Assembly (NCBI GenBank): GCA_044892525.1
Contig: CM097886.1
Span: 128,588,001-128,652,000, forward strand
Length of the DNA: 64,000 nt
DNA from: Schmidtea polychroa
Taxonomy: Eukaryota
Direction: 5' to 3'
How positions within the stretch are numbered: position 1 is the first letter of the stretch; every line of letters begins with the position of its first letter. This document shows, piece after piece, positions 34,464 through 47,651 of this stretch. The translations under genes and the position numbers were made by a program. The notes beneath the pieces are model-generated. The model had not been told where the DNA came from, made no database searches, and saw only the letters and a list, made by a program, of their open reading frames with translations.

Positions 34464-37400
34464 ATGCAAACCAATAATCATAATGCTACTATATCAGTTT
34501 CACAGCCGACAATTATTCAAGTTGCCAAAAGCAATTCGACGGCTTTGCTGCAAAATGGACAACATTTATTGATAGGCAAGCTTGGTGAGTTATTAATTTA
34601 CCTTTACGAAACCTTTTTTCCTATTCAATTACTTCGCAAATAGCCCACCATTTTTAAAACGAAATTTAGTGGTTATTGAATTAGTTTTAATATGAAATTA
34701 ATCTGGGAGAATGGAAAATATGAAAAATTTAGAAATTGTACATTTGGATGTAATTAATCGATTCTTATTATTCCTGGATGGAGTTATTGAAAATGGAAAG
34801 TAAGAAATAACACCGTAAACTAAACGTGAGAAATTAATGCCGAAAATGCTTTCGTGTGCTCAGATTAACGTGCAATCCTCAAATAATTGCGTCACTTTAC
34901 GCATCAAATTCAAACCAGTTTTGTCACGTTTTTTTCTATTGTTGAATTTGAGTCAAATTTTCGTTTTAAAATTTCATTTTAATTATTGTTTTTAATTTTG
35001 AAATTTATATTTTGCGTAAGATTTATTTTCTAATCGTAATTTCAATATTTATTTCAGTAATTTATTTATTAATATTATAGGAAATAATTTATTTTGTCTA
35101 CTTATTGTTAGTAAGTAGATAAATTGCTCTTTATTTATCTTTGGGTTTGGAGGTGATTTCAATTTAGAATACCTTTGTTGAATTCGGTAGGTATTAGAGA
35201 GAGATTTATTGAATTCCAAGATTATTCGCATGATTATTATGGATGCCCTAATTGACATAACTGTCACTCTAGTGGATTACATTGGGGGGATTGATAGAAA
35301 AATGCTTTTATTTCATTCTTCAGTGTTTAAACGATGGAAAGTAAATCATAACTTATACATAGGATGATTTCTCTTTTATTAATCAATAAAATTGAATTAT
35401 AACACTTTCTTTGCACTTCCCTTTGTGTAATTTTTGAAATTTAAACGCTGTTTAACTACTTTTTATACAGATTCGGTAAGTATCAAAGACTGTTTTATTG
35501 AATTTTTGGACCATAGGCATAATTGTATATAAAATCTAAAAGCTTTATCAATTTATTTTACGTAAGTTACTCTGTGTAGATCAATAAGAATTTTTTTTTT
35601 ATTTCAACTTTGATGCTGCTAACAATGAAAAGTAGCTTTTAAAGTGTACTCCTTTTAGATTTCAAAGTTTATAAAAGAGATTAGCATACAATGTTCACCG
35701 GAACTGAGCTAATCATTTGATATCAAAAAGATATATTAATATAATTCTATCCTAAATTAGTTGGATTTGGATACTCGAATATTGAACTCGGGACGATATT
35801 GTATCATTTGTATCATAGGAAACTCAGTCAAAACCTAAATTTTTGCATTAAAATATGTGAATTTATGATTAGAAATGGGCGCCCTATGCCGACAATAAAA
35901 TTTCTCGTTCCTAATTTCGTTTATTTTCACAAACAAAATCAAATAACTTTATTAAATTTGATGGGGTTTAGAGCAAAACACTTCAAATTCGGCTGTGGAC
36001 AATCAATCTGGTAATTCATCCAGTAATACTATGCAAGCGATTTATCCACTGCAATATATTGAAACTGCGGTGGCCAATAGTAATAATAATCAAAATAACA
36101 ATGAAGGCAATAGTTCCAGTGCTTATGGAACTGCTAGCAATAAAATGTAAGACCCTTGATATTTGTTAATGGATTTCATTTGATGATACCCGAGTTTAGA
36201 TTTTACCAAGATAGCCACTCCTCAAGCATTTACACGAGTATGTCAGGTCCAACTGCAACCATCATTCCAGCATCATCAATTCAGGTATGACATAGTGTGA
36301 CTTTTGCTGATAATCAATAATGTTCGGATAGGGATGTTTTGTCCCTAGTAGTTACCCTAAGGCTCCTATTAGTATTATCCTATACTAGGGCGGAATTATC
36401 AAATGTGAAAAATTCTATTTTATAATTGTTTTATATATTTATCTTGATTATTTTAAATATTATTATTATCGATTGGCAATAAATATTAATTTAATCATTA
36501 AAATTATAATTTTACGAATTTCTTTCATTAATTAATTTTCGCTCTTAGAATAATAAATTGAAATAAAAAAAACAATCATAAATTAATTTATTTAATACTA
36601 ACAAATTATAAGTAGAATATTAAAATTTTATTGAATTTCGATCAGATCAAAAATCAGGCAAAAATTATGATCTATAGTTGAAATTTAACCGTTCGCAGAC
36701 GGAATTAATTTTAATAAGTAGTATTTTTTAGCATAATTTTTTTTAATATACGAATATCGTGGTATGATTTTTTTAAAGTTTGGCCAGCACGGCTGGCCAT
36801 TATACATTGTAGAACGTCTGGAACAAAATTCGTTGCCAGCAGTGCTGGCCTACCGTCTGCAAACGTTAAATGAAAATTTACAGAAAAAAATTAATCAAGT
36901 CACCAAAAGAATACATGAGTTTACTAAATTATCAAAAATTTTTGATATACGCCAAGATAAAGTTTTACAATTCCATGTAATGTTACATTTCATTATTCTG
37001 GAAAAACCCCATAATATCATCAAATCTGTAATAAATTTATTCATTCACAACTTTTTGATTACTTTATAATCAATTGCAATCATATACTTTCTCCCCTCAA
37101 GTCTTTGCTAAACTTGACCAAATGTTTAGAAGTTGTGAATTTGATGACCTGCATTTCTTTAAAAACTAAATTTTGCTTTATTGTCCAGAAAGGAATGAAA
37201 ATAAAAATTGATGTTATTATTATTAATTATATTGGGGACCATAATAACACAATTAGGGACAAAATCCAGCAATTCGGGATAGATTAATAATTCCAAATAG
37301 TGAAACTTTTTCATGAAGTTCTAATGAAATATTTTATTATATATATATTTATCCTGATTAATTGAAATATTATCATTATCGATTGACATTAACGATTTAT

Positions 37401-40400
37401 TTAATCACTAGCAATATAATATTAACTGAGAATATAATGTATAAACATATGATGATGTATCCATTTAATGCCGATATGAAATATATGATTGTATTTTCGC
37501 TATTATTTCGGTGAACCTGGGTTTAACTTTCGGTACAGTTGCAATTTGCAGCTCTGGCTCTAGATTTCATATAGTTTCAATTCCAACTACAACTGACAAA
37601 CTTATTCAGTGATGGGATTCAACCGAGCAGGCTGTTAATTTATTTAAATCTTCTATTTGTTACCTTTACCAACACAGCAGTTTTCTCACAGGGTGCGATG
37701 GACGGTTGGTCAGCGGTTTAAGAACAAAAGTGATACATGCTCTCTAGTTTAAATCGATACTTATTTTTTTATTATTTAGGGGATCACACAACATTTGCAA
37801 TATATTATGTGGAATATCAATTTTAAACTATTACGACATGAACGATCACTTATCTAGATTCATTTTGTAAGTTGTATTATAGTTAGCCATCTACGTACCT
37901 GCTTTCATAAATATTCTTCCACTTTAACCAACATTGGCAGTGAAACTGTTTTTCAGAACGCCACATAAATGGAAAAGCAAATATAGATAAAACTAAACTA
38001 TTCAATCATTAGAATATAGTCCAAAAAGGCGCGGTCGAAAGTGAGAAATATTAAAACGCTCATTGTAATCTCAAGATGATTTGATGTATTTTGCCGTTCT
38101 ACATTTACTGCATTACCCAATTAGAATTATTTATTTAATTCTATTCTCACTCGTAGGCCAGAGATCTCAGCAACCAACTGGCAGCTAATGTTGGCCCTAC
38201 AGTGCATATCCAAGGTGCACAACATGCACAAATTGTGCATCACGGAGGCAACGCATATCTTGTACAAAGCACAGGTCGACTGGAGGATGAATCTCCTAAC
38301 CTTTCTCACGCTACCAAGAGTAATCCAGTAACGGTATGAATTTTGAACTACATTTTCCTTATCCAATTAAACTTTAAAGATGCAGTGGCTTTACGATAAT
38401 TATGAAACTGCGGATGGGGTCAGCTTGCCTCGTTCTACACTGTATAATCATTACCTTCAACATTGCCAACAAGAGAAATTAGAGCCAATGAATCAAGCAT
38501 CATTCGGAAAATTGATTCGGTCCGTGTTCTTCGGGTTGCGAACTCGTAGGCTCGGAACGAGGTTAGTCGTTTGGAAATTGTCGAAATGTTCTATATCGAT
38601 CATTGTATATTCTAGAGGCAATTCCAAATATCATTATTATGGGATCCGAATCAAACCGAACTCTTTGTTGAATCATTACGTAGAAGATCAAACGTTCGCA
38701 ATGCGACAATACCCGTCATTTCATCGACAAAGGTTTATTGATAAGTTTATCGGTAATGATTATCATTGTGGCACTCATTTTAGTAATGATAACGATTTCC
38801 ACTGGCGGGCCAAATATTCCAGTAACGGATTGAATTATGGCGGTGTCAGTGGGGTCGGTAGTGGAGGAGCGGGTATCAATAACAATTCTGTCATCACCAG
38901 CACCAGCAGCAGCAATCCTACCAGTGGCGGCACAGGCAATAACAGCTCTATCCTCATCATGAACAACGCCACTGGTGGTAGCAATATGGCTGACTGTAGC
39001 AACAATCAGCACAGCAATTACCTCGGGGAGAGCAGCTCTGCCTTGCCGAATCTCAGTGATATCATTGCACGAGCTGAGTTGGATACGTTGATCGAGGAAG
39101 ACTGCCACAACGAGGGCGTCTCACTGGAGGACATAAACATCTTCTGCCAAATGTATCTCGATCACAGTGATGCTGTTCTCAGTGCTGTTGTTTATCTCAA
39201 TTTCAAATACATCGAAACGCTATGGCAAGAATTTTGGCGTACATCATCAAAGGTGATTGTAATGATTGATTATTGATAATAATAATTAATTTAATCAATA
39301 AATTAAATAATTAACTAATTGATTGATTTAGTCAATAAATAGAGAAAATACCTGTAGTCAAAATGTGGATGAAAGAAATTAAAAAACAAATCAAAGGCGA
39401 GAGAAAATATTATATTACTTAATAAACGGAATAATGAGTAATTTAGTCAATAAATCGAAAAACTAATTAATTTAATCAATAAATGAATTAATCAATTTGG
39501 TCAATAAATGGAATATTATATGTATTTAGTCAATAAATAGAGAATAATATTGATCTATAGTCAAAATTAAGATAAAAGAAAATTTAAAAAACATCAAATG
39601 TGAAAAATAAGTTATTTTATGTAAAAATTAATTAATTTAATCACAAAATGGAATAATTATTTATTTTAATCACTGAAATTAATAATCAATTAAATAAATA
39701 TATATCATAGTTATACTGAAAAACATTGAAGTACCATACGAAATATTTTATATAATTCAATATAATTTGTAACGCTAAATATTCTGGTTCATCTGATCCA
39801 CCAAATTGCCCATTTGACGAGCATTATCTAACTGAAACCTACTTTTCAATATTGTCTTCATCGACCTAATCTCTCAATTTAAATATATATAAACATTACA
39901 AGCTCTGTTATACCCAGTGCAAATCTCAATAGTAGACTACTTTCGAGTGTACCAGTGTTGCAATGTACCAGGGAAAGTATGCAATAGAGTTGAATCAGCA
40001 ATATTGTATACTTAACTGGCACGAAGAGAAATGATTGTTGATGTCAAAACAGTAATTAACATTTATATCGAATCCTTGAGTGCGTTTGGTTGTGGAATCT
40101 AATATGAATAACATGAAATCCTATTAAATTGAAACGAAAATAGGTCCCATCTGAATGTTGAATGAACCTCCATTGACAGCAAATAGAAATGGAAAAAGAC
40201 CTGACTTAGCGATAATGCCAAAAAGATTCGCATCATTGTCAAGAACGATGTGGATTAATTTAATTCAATTTTATCCAATGTTTTTCATCCTAAATTTCTT
40301 TTCAGCCGACCGCCAATCATTTCGAAGAGAAATTGTCGAAAGCTCAACTTCATAGACTTTTGAAAATTCCACAAATTCAAAGCTTTCTTCAACTTTTCGA

Positions 40401-42860
40401 TAACATGTTCTATCAATCTTTAGTTGAAGTTTTAATTCCGAATGTTTTGCGACCGATTCCTTCTGCACTCACACAAAACATTCGACACTTCGCTAAATCT
40501 CTTGAGGTATTCTTATTTACGCAGTTGGAGAAATTTTACAGATTAATGAATAAATCTAGAGCTGGATGGCGGCAGCAATATGTGGTCTGAATTCAGAAGT
40601 CGTTCAAATTAAAATGAGTTGCGTGTGCGCCCTGGCTCAAACATTGAGACGACATACGAGTCTAAATCACCTTGCACAGGCTGCAAGGGCAGTCCTAAAG
40701 AATGCCAGCCAAATCAGCCAAATGCTGACTGACTTGAACCGAGTTGATTTCACAAATGTCCAAGAGCAAGCATCCTGGGTGTGTGGGTGTGACAACAAAC
40801 GTGTCGATGCATTGCAACAGGAATTCAAGCGAATATTGCAACAGCAAGCGTCATTGGAGGAGTGGGCTACGTGGTTGGATCATGTTGTTTCTGATGTTTT
40901 GGAACCGTATAAAGGAACGTCTCAATATTCTAATGCAGCTCATCAATTCATTTTGAAGTGGTCATTTTACAGTTCAATGGTCATCCGAGATCTCACGTTG
41001 CGATCAGCTGCCAGTTTCGGGAGTTTCCATTTGATACGCTTATTGTATGATGAATACATTTATTATTTGGTCGAGCAAAAAGTGGCAGAGCATTTGAATT
41101 TGAGCCCAGTTGCCGTAACTGGGGAAATGGGAAGGGTAAGATACATTTTTATATTATTAATTACTGAATTGTGTGATCATTATAATCATTGATAATTAAT
41201 TTATCATTTTTATTGATTCAAATATTATTATTAACCCTTTCTAAGGCAAAGGAAAAAAAAGTGATGTAAAACTCAGTTTATTAATAATAATTATATAGTT
41301 ACAAATGATCATAAACACATCTATGGTTTCAAATATTATAAATTTATTCTCTTGTGGCTCAATATATGTCAGTAGTTGTACCAAAAGTAAAAATGATTAC
41401 CGACAGCGTTACACTTAGATATTTTTATTAGTTTAAAATGGTGTACAGTATATTGCCGCCACCTTAGAAAGGATTAATCAAATACACATGGTAATAATCT
41501 TAATAATTGTGAATGTATGTTTGTTACAATTTCTAAATACGGAAAATTTTAAATTGAATCCAATATAAAAATCCCTATAAATTGTTATTATTACAACAAA
41601 ATCACTTTGCCCCATTTAAATTCTTAGGTTAAGTCTGTTCAATTCAAATTAGCACTACTGTGGATGATTATTAAAAAAAATCCGGTAATGTAGTATTTTA
41701 TTGCATTACATTAACATTAAGCATTATGCCTTGCAATGTATAAAACTGTATTTGCCTATCTGTTCACTATTATAATCTATGGATATAAAAAAATTAGTTC
41801 TTTATTATAATAGATACAAAACCCTGAATCATTTTAAAATCATTATATTATAATTTTATTTCCCTTATAATGATACCTTAAAGACAAATGCCAATTGGAT
41901 CTGTTAATCCTTCCTTTATAAGAGTGGCAAATCGAAAGGTAAATGAAACCCCAAAGCAGTAACAATAAAGACTGGCTGGGGTTAGAACTTGGGCTGCTAC
42001 AGTAAGAGCAAACGAGATGCAAGAACAGCGACAAGCAAGAATTGTGCCCAACCAACGCCGGGTAGCCCAGTTAGTTTAATAATAAGAAAGCACTACTCAA
42101 ACTTTACATTTACTATATATTTCACCAGTTATCCTATCGTCAGATAGAATAGAGAAAAACTATAAACAAATTTTATTAATTTTAATAAATATTTTAAAAT
42201 TTAATTTAAATAATCAATTATTTTTCAATTTAGACTTTCTAAAATATTTTATAATTTTATTATATAAATTAAAAAAAAATTTTAAATCAGTTTACATAAA
42301 CATATTTCATTCACATGTGAAACGGAGAGAAAGTTATAAATTTTATCTTGGATTTGTTAATTCAGCAACCCTGTGTGAAAAATGTATAGAAACCCAAATG
42401 ATGCTAGTCTTTTTACTTCCGTGAATTTATGTATGAATTTTATTAATAATGTTTTTACAGATTATAAGAGGAAAATAAGCAAACAGTTTGTAAATTTAAA
42501 TTATAATCTCGCCTCTAATTCATGTAAAGTACAAAATGTGTTTATTATTAAGTCTAAAACTCTGACTGGATTGTGTTTTGATTTCGTTAATCTATTTACA
42601 TGGCCACATACATTGAAGAGGCTCCATGCCATCCTTATATTCGAGCTCTAGAACATTGTCGACCGAAGAGATTGATAAATATCAGTGAAAACAATAAGAG
42701 CTGTACGAGTAAAATAGATATGTCTGATTTAAAAATTTTAATAATTATTATGAACGCTAATGCTGGTAACATTTGTATTTTGAATGTTTCTAAATATCTT
42801 TTTTTATATACTACCCGATGATGAAAAATTGTCACAATATATCGTAAAACTGATGATTGA

Positions 42861-42895
<35 letters not shown>

Positions 42896-43835
42896 TGTGT
42901 ATGTAAAACTTTGATCTGTCTTTGTAGTAGATATAAGCAGGGAAATGAATTTTCTCATAGATTCCTTTACCAAATTTGTATTTTAATGTCATTCCTAGTT
43001 CATATAACATAATTCATATCTTCCTCTAACATCAATATAACATCAATACAGAAGTATCTAAGTATTCTCTTCTCCCCTCTCACCCCATTATCTACCTTAA
43101 CCAGAAATATATTTATGGCTTAATAAATAGTGAAAAGTTGCAATATGAAGCGTTTCTTTGGTTGGACTCTCATGCTTTCCTAAAATTCAGTTAGGTTATA
43201 TCATATATTAGGCCTAGTTGCAGGTAAATCCGTTGCCCAATATTCTGGTTTTCAAATCTCTAATTATAGCACATTTTCATATCATTTCATCATATATAAA
43301 CGATGAATATTGGGGAATCTGAATGGCCATTTATTCACATATTGTTTCATTTAGCAATTAATGGCGGCCGATTGTGCCAATTATGGCCACATGAGCTTAC
43401 AAGTGGAAATGGACGAATCTGCAAGAACTGACAACAATACAAAGCAACTAAAATTTAAAACGGAACAAGGAATCAAGAAAGAAGGAAACGATTCACTGAG
43501 TGGATGTAACATAAAATTAGCTGGAGATTATGGAGGACTGATTTCTTACAATGCCAGCACTCCGAATCCATCACGGATTTCTAATCTGCCAAGTACCATC
43601 GACATGGATTATCACAGGGTGTCAGGTACAAACAGTGTTGCGGCAGGAGATTCCAACCAATCAGGTTACAACAATTCCAGTGCTTTGACCGATGATCAAG
43701 TCGATGAGTCTGCTGATGATGATGAAGGGCTGGATGAAGATTTCCAGACCTCTGAACCAGTGCCATTATCTCAGCTACAGGACACAAAGAGTTTGTCAGC
43801 ACAATCTGTAATTCTGGCACCATCACAGAAGGTAA

Positions 43836-43907
<72 letters not shown>

Positions 43908-45457
43908 TTTCCGTTTGATTTCAATTATTATTTTATAATGAGTTTTACAATAATAGTTGTTACTTGTAATATTTTACTATGACAATTGATAACATAAGTT
44001 TTTTTAATTTTTATTATTTGTTTTATAATTATATATTTTTATTTTATTATCATTGTTTTTTTTATTATTTAATTTTTATTATTATTGTTTATTATTTATT
44101 TTTTAAATTTTATTTTATTTATTTTTTATTTTCTAATTTTTATATATCTCCCTATATATAAAAAAGCTAAGGGTCCCCTCCGTCCGAATTTTACCTTTTT
44201 TTATTTATTATTTTTAAATTTTTTTTTTATGAAGTATTTATTCTTTTGTACTTATCGTTCTATATTACCTAGAAACGGTTTATGCTATTATCTTTTATCA
44301 TAGTTATGTAAACATATTAATAAACTGAATTTTACTCCTGTCCAAGAATACCCTGGATATTAACTTTAACATTAAGATATTTTAAGATATTTTAATTTTA
44401 AATTATTTATTATTATTTATTTTTTCCTTATTTTTATTTATTAATTATTATAATTATTATTTTGCTATATGAATTTATTATTCCATTACAAATTGATATT
44501 GTGATTAATTATTGATTGCATCCGATCAGAATATTTGTGCGATATAGAATGATAAATTGATAAATATCCGATCGTGCTATTGGTTATCATATTATTGGCT
44601 ATTTGTGTCATTTATCGATATTTGATGTATGTGCGCGTATCAGTTCAATAGATCATGAACCCCTCACCCTCATTCCATTGTATTGTTTGTATCAACTCAC
44701 ACAACAATTGCTGGTGATGGTGATGGTCATGGTGCAAATATATGAATGGCAAGATCAGTGATTGTGTGATTAGTATTGATAAAGTTATGATTGGATGCCC
44801 AATATTAATATTTTCAGTGACAAAACTGACATTTAATAGTAATTACTCGATTCAGAAATCGGAATCGGCACCGCTGGGCTCAGTAAACAGTGCCATCACT
44901 AATACAATCAGCAATGTCAGTGCCAGTAATCAGTTGGCAACAGTTAATAGAGTAAGACAATTTATCGATGCGTCTTGCATGCCTATCACTTGTGTCTCCA
45001 GACCTCCGCGATCGGGACCGCAGGCGGCAGCAGCGTCCGCAAAACGGTAAATGTGACCACATTCGGAGAACCACTACAATCGAGCACTGCCACCACCTTG
45101 ACCAGCAGTACTGGAGGCGGAGGCGGCACTGATGTTCCCATCACTTCAACCAATAAATCCTCAACAACCGGTGCCGTATCCATGCCAACACAATTGACAA
45201 TAACCAGCACAACCTCCCTGAAAACCTCTCCAAACAGTATCAGCAACAGTCATCCGAATCCGAAAGTTACAGCTACTGCATCTGATTCTCCCCCAACTGC
45301 AACAATTGCCGCGGCGGCGGTTGCGGCTTCATCCAACATATCTGTCAGTTTATCATCGACTGCGTTGGGCAACAAGCGAATCAAACTTGTCAATAACTGC
45401 TCAATAGCCAGCAGCAGTAGCAGCAGTAATAGTGTTACTGGATCCAGCTCGATGTAA
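34464..45457 (+). CDS. RFX: RFX1/2/3-like winged-helix transcription factor, spliced
   Basis: Phase-consistent exons: 34464-34584, 35972-36146, 36200-36284, 38157-38333, 38380-38561, 38616-39252, 40306-40506, 40560-41135, 43355-43831, 44856-44951, 45002-45457. [28 protein letters not shown]...[22 protein letters not shown]^[13 protein letters not shown]; B/C and dimerisation regions ([62 protein letters not shown]). N- and C-terminal exons are less certain than the core. Confidence 0.93.
41235..41473. mobile_element. piggyBac-type MITE in RFX intron
   Basis: TTAA-CCCTTTCTAAGG ... CCTTAGAAAGGA-TTAA. Confidence 0.75.
42862..42892. repeat. (TA)n microsatellite
   Basis: Direct reading. Confidence 0.95.
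43836..43907. repeat. (ATT)n microsatellite immediately after an RFX splice donor
   Basis: Perfect triplet run; explains the poly-Y tail of ORF 43361-43918. Confidence 0.95.
44148..44372 (+). mobile_element. Interspersed repeat, Helitron/HINE-like 5' end
   Basis: TCCCTATATATAAAAAGCTAAGGGTCCCCTCCGTCCG and CTTATCGTTCTATATTAC...GGTTTATGCTATTATC...ATTAACTTTAACATTAA match the reverse complement of 59797-60034. The Helitron call is from the terminal style only. Confidence 0.55.
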
Positions 45458-45889
45458 CATTTGACCGACCAATCACGTGATGGCCTCCATGTGCCTGACA
45501 TCGGGTCGGGCCTCAATATATGCATGACAGTTTTCATTTTGTCGATCAATTTTGTGCTTGTGTTATCATCGATTATTGCTGTAAATATTGCATTTTGTTA
45601 GATACAATGATCCCCTATTCTCACTGTATCGATCCCACCAATTCACCATCCCAATTAGATGTTCCACTGGTTACCTAATTTGGTTTTGTTTTGTTTTGTC
45701 TTTATTATTTATTAATCACTATAACATTATTTCCTGGGTGCTGTGCTGTGCCATTTTAAGGATTATCGATATCATTGATTATCAATATTATTGATTATCG
45801 ATTATCAACATTATTATTATTGATTTACACTGCGAGTGTGATGATCATCGCATTTATCTGTGCCATTGTTGATTGTCATTCTTTATTTG

Positions 45890-45921
<32 letters not shown>

Positions 45922-46546
45922 TATTATTGATATTGATATTATCGATGTTGTTCCTGTTTCGGTTCATTTGTGTTAAATATTTATTATTATCATAATCATT
46001 ATCTCTCGATGGCCTTGATACGGATATTGGAGGTGGTGGGTCACGGTTCCCAGTTGATTACCGCGATTCCTGTCCTCGTGTTGCCTTAGTACGGGAGCTA
46101 ATGTGTACATTAGATGGTAGTGATGAAACTGTTTTATTTTATTTATTGGAAGTGCGATTTGTTGACATTTGGTTTTTCTTTGATTCTCGATTTCCGCTTG
46201 AAGTTGTTTTTAATAAATTTATTCGATTGGAATCTTAAGTTTTTAACACAAATGTCGGTGGTGAACTTTTCCAAGGATTTACAATTAATTTGTTGGTTAC
46301 AACATTACAATTACGCTTCATAATTTATCAACCAATAGTCAGTATCCAATGGGAATCTTATAGAAATCGTGCTAATTGATCTTGGTTGAAAGTGTAGATT
46401 GTGCTTTAATTGAATTTAATAATGATTTCTGCATATTTTCAATAACTAAAATCGTTTAAATTTGAATCACTTGAACAATAATTTGACAATGTCATTTCAG
46501 AACTAATGCTTTTGTTTTCTTCAACCAATATGGCAAACTATCATCC

Positions 46547-46550
<4 letters not shown>

Positions 46551-46592
<42 letters not shown>
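46551..46592. repeat. (TA)n microsatellite
   Basis: Direct reading. Confidence 0.95.
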
Positions 46593-46593
<1 letters not shown>

Positions 46594-47651
46594 TTGCTTT
46601 TAACATCGCAAATCACCTTGATTGCGCCTTACTCCCATTTTCTCTTCAATATCCATTTTGCCAATCACTATTTCCTAAATGATCAGGTTGTTTTCTTTGA
46701 CCAATTTTTTATTAAATTATCCTTGCTATGAAAAATATTGTTGAAAGTGTTCATAAATATCAATCTTTTTGGCTTGCGTACCTCTTGGTAGTTCATTATC
46801 CTAAATTGTACCCCTTGCATTAGAAAAAGGTTTAAAATTTAAATACTCGTAGTTGTTATTAATCGTAGATTTTTAACATCCGTCATTATCTCCACAAATA
46901 GATATTTTTTTTAATATTCCGAATATGGACAAAATGGAAACAATCTATGCTATTTGCGTTGGATTTATCATTGGGACTTTGTCAATTTTCGAAATTGTGT
47001 AATAATATTACATTTTTTAAACTTATAAATAAAATTTACAATTTAGGCATTGTAGAAGGTTCAGCAATATCTGAAACAATAGAAATAATAAATTTATTAT
47101 AACTTATAAATAAATCTTACAATATCATATTTTTTTCACCTTCGCGAAACAGAAGGGTTTTGACCAGAGCTGTGGAGCCGTATTTGTCTCGGATCCAGTT
47201 CTGGCACCGAACTCTATTATATATTATACTTAATCAATATTTTACAAAAATAAAACAATTTTTTTGAATTCTTATTTTTTTATTCATGACCGATTCTATT
47301 AAATTTGTGTTTTACAAAAGCAAATAAATAAAATACATAATTAAATTTTAGTTTCATGTAAAAAAATTTCACAATTTAGTTATGTATCCGTTTCAATTGT
47401 TATCTGCTTTATTTAAAAAAAAATACTGATGCTCTCCAATTAAGATGAACATGTATTTATACAAAAATCTTAAATATTTAAAAAAAAAACCGCAACATTT
47501 GTAAATTACGACGGTATCGTATTTTAATTTTTAATGTTACAATAAACAAAAGTAACAATGTCTTTTCAGATTTTCCTTTTAACAATTAATTTTAAATAAA
47601 AGCAACCGATATTTTATTTCATGCTTATGAATCATAGGCCTTTATTAATAT

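Noticed and set aside
34520-34534. X-box-like GTTGCCAAAAGCAAT in RFX exon 1 (autoregulation)
   Set aside because: It mismatches the conserved half-site, lies within coding sequence and is plausible by chance.
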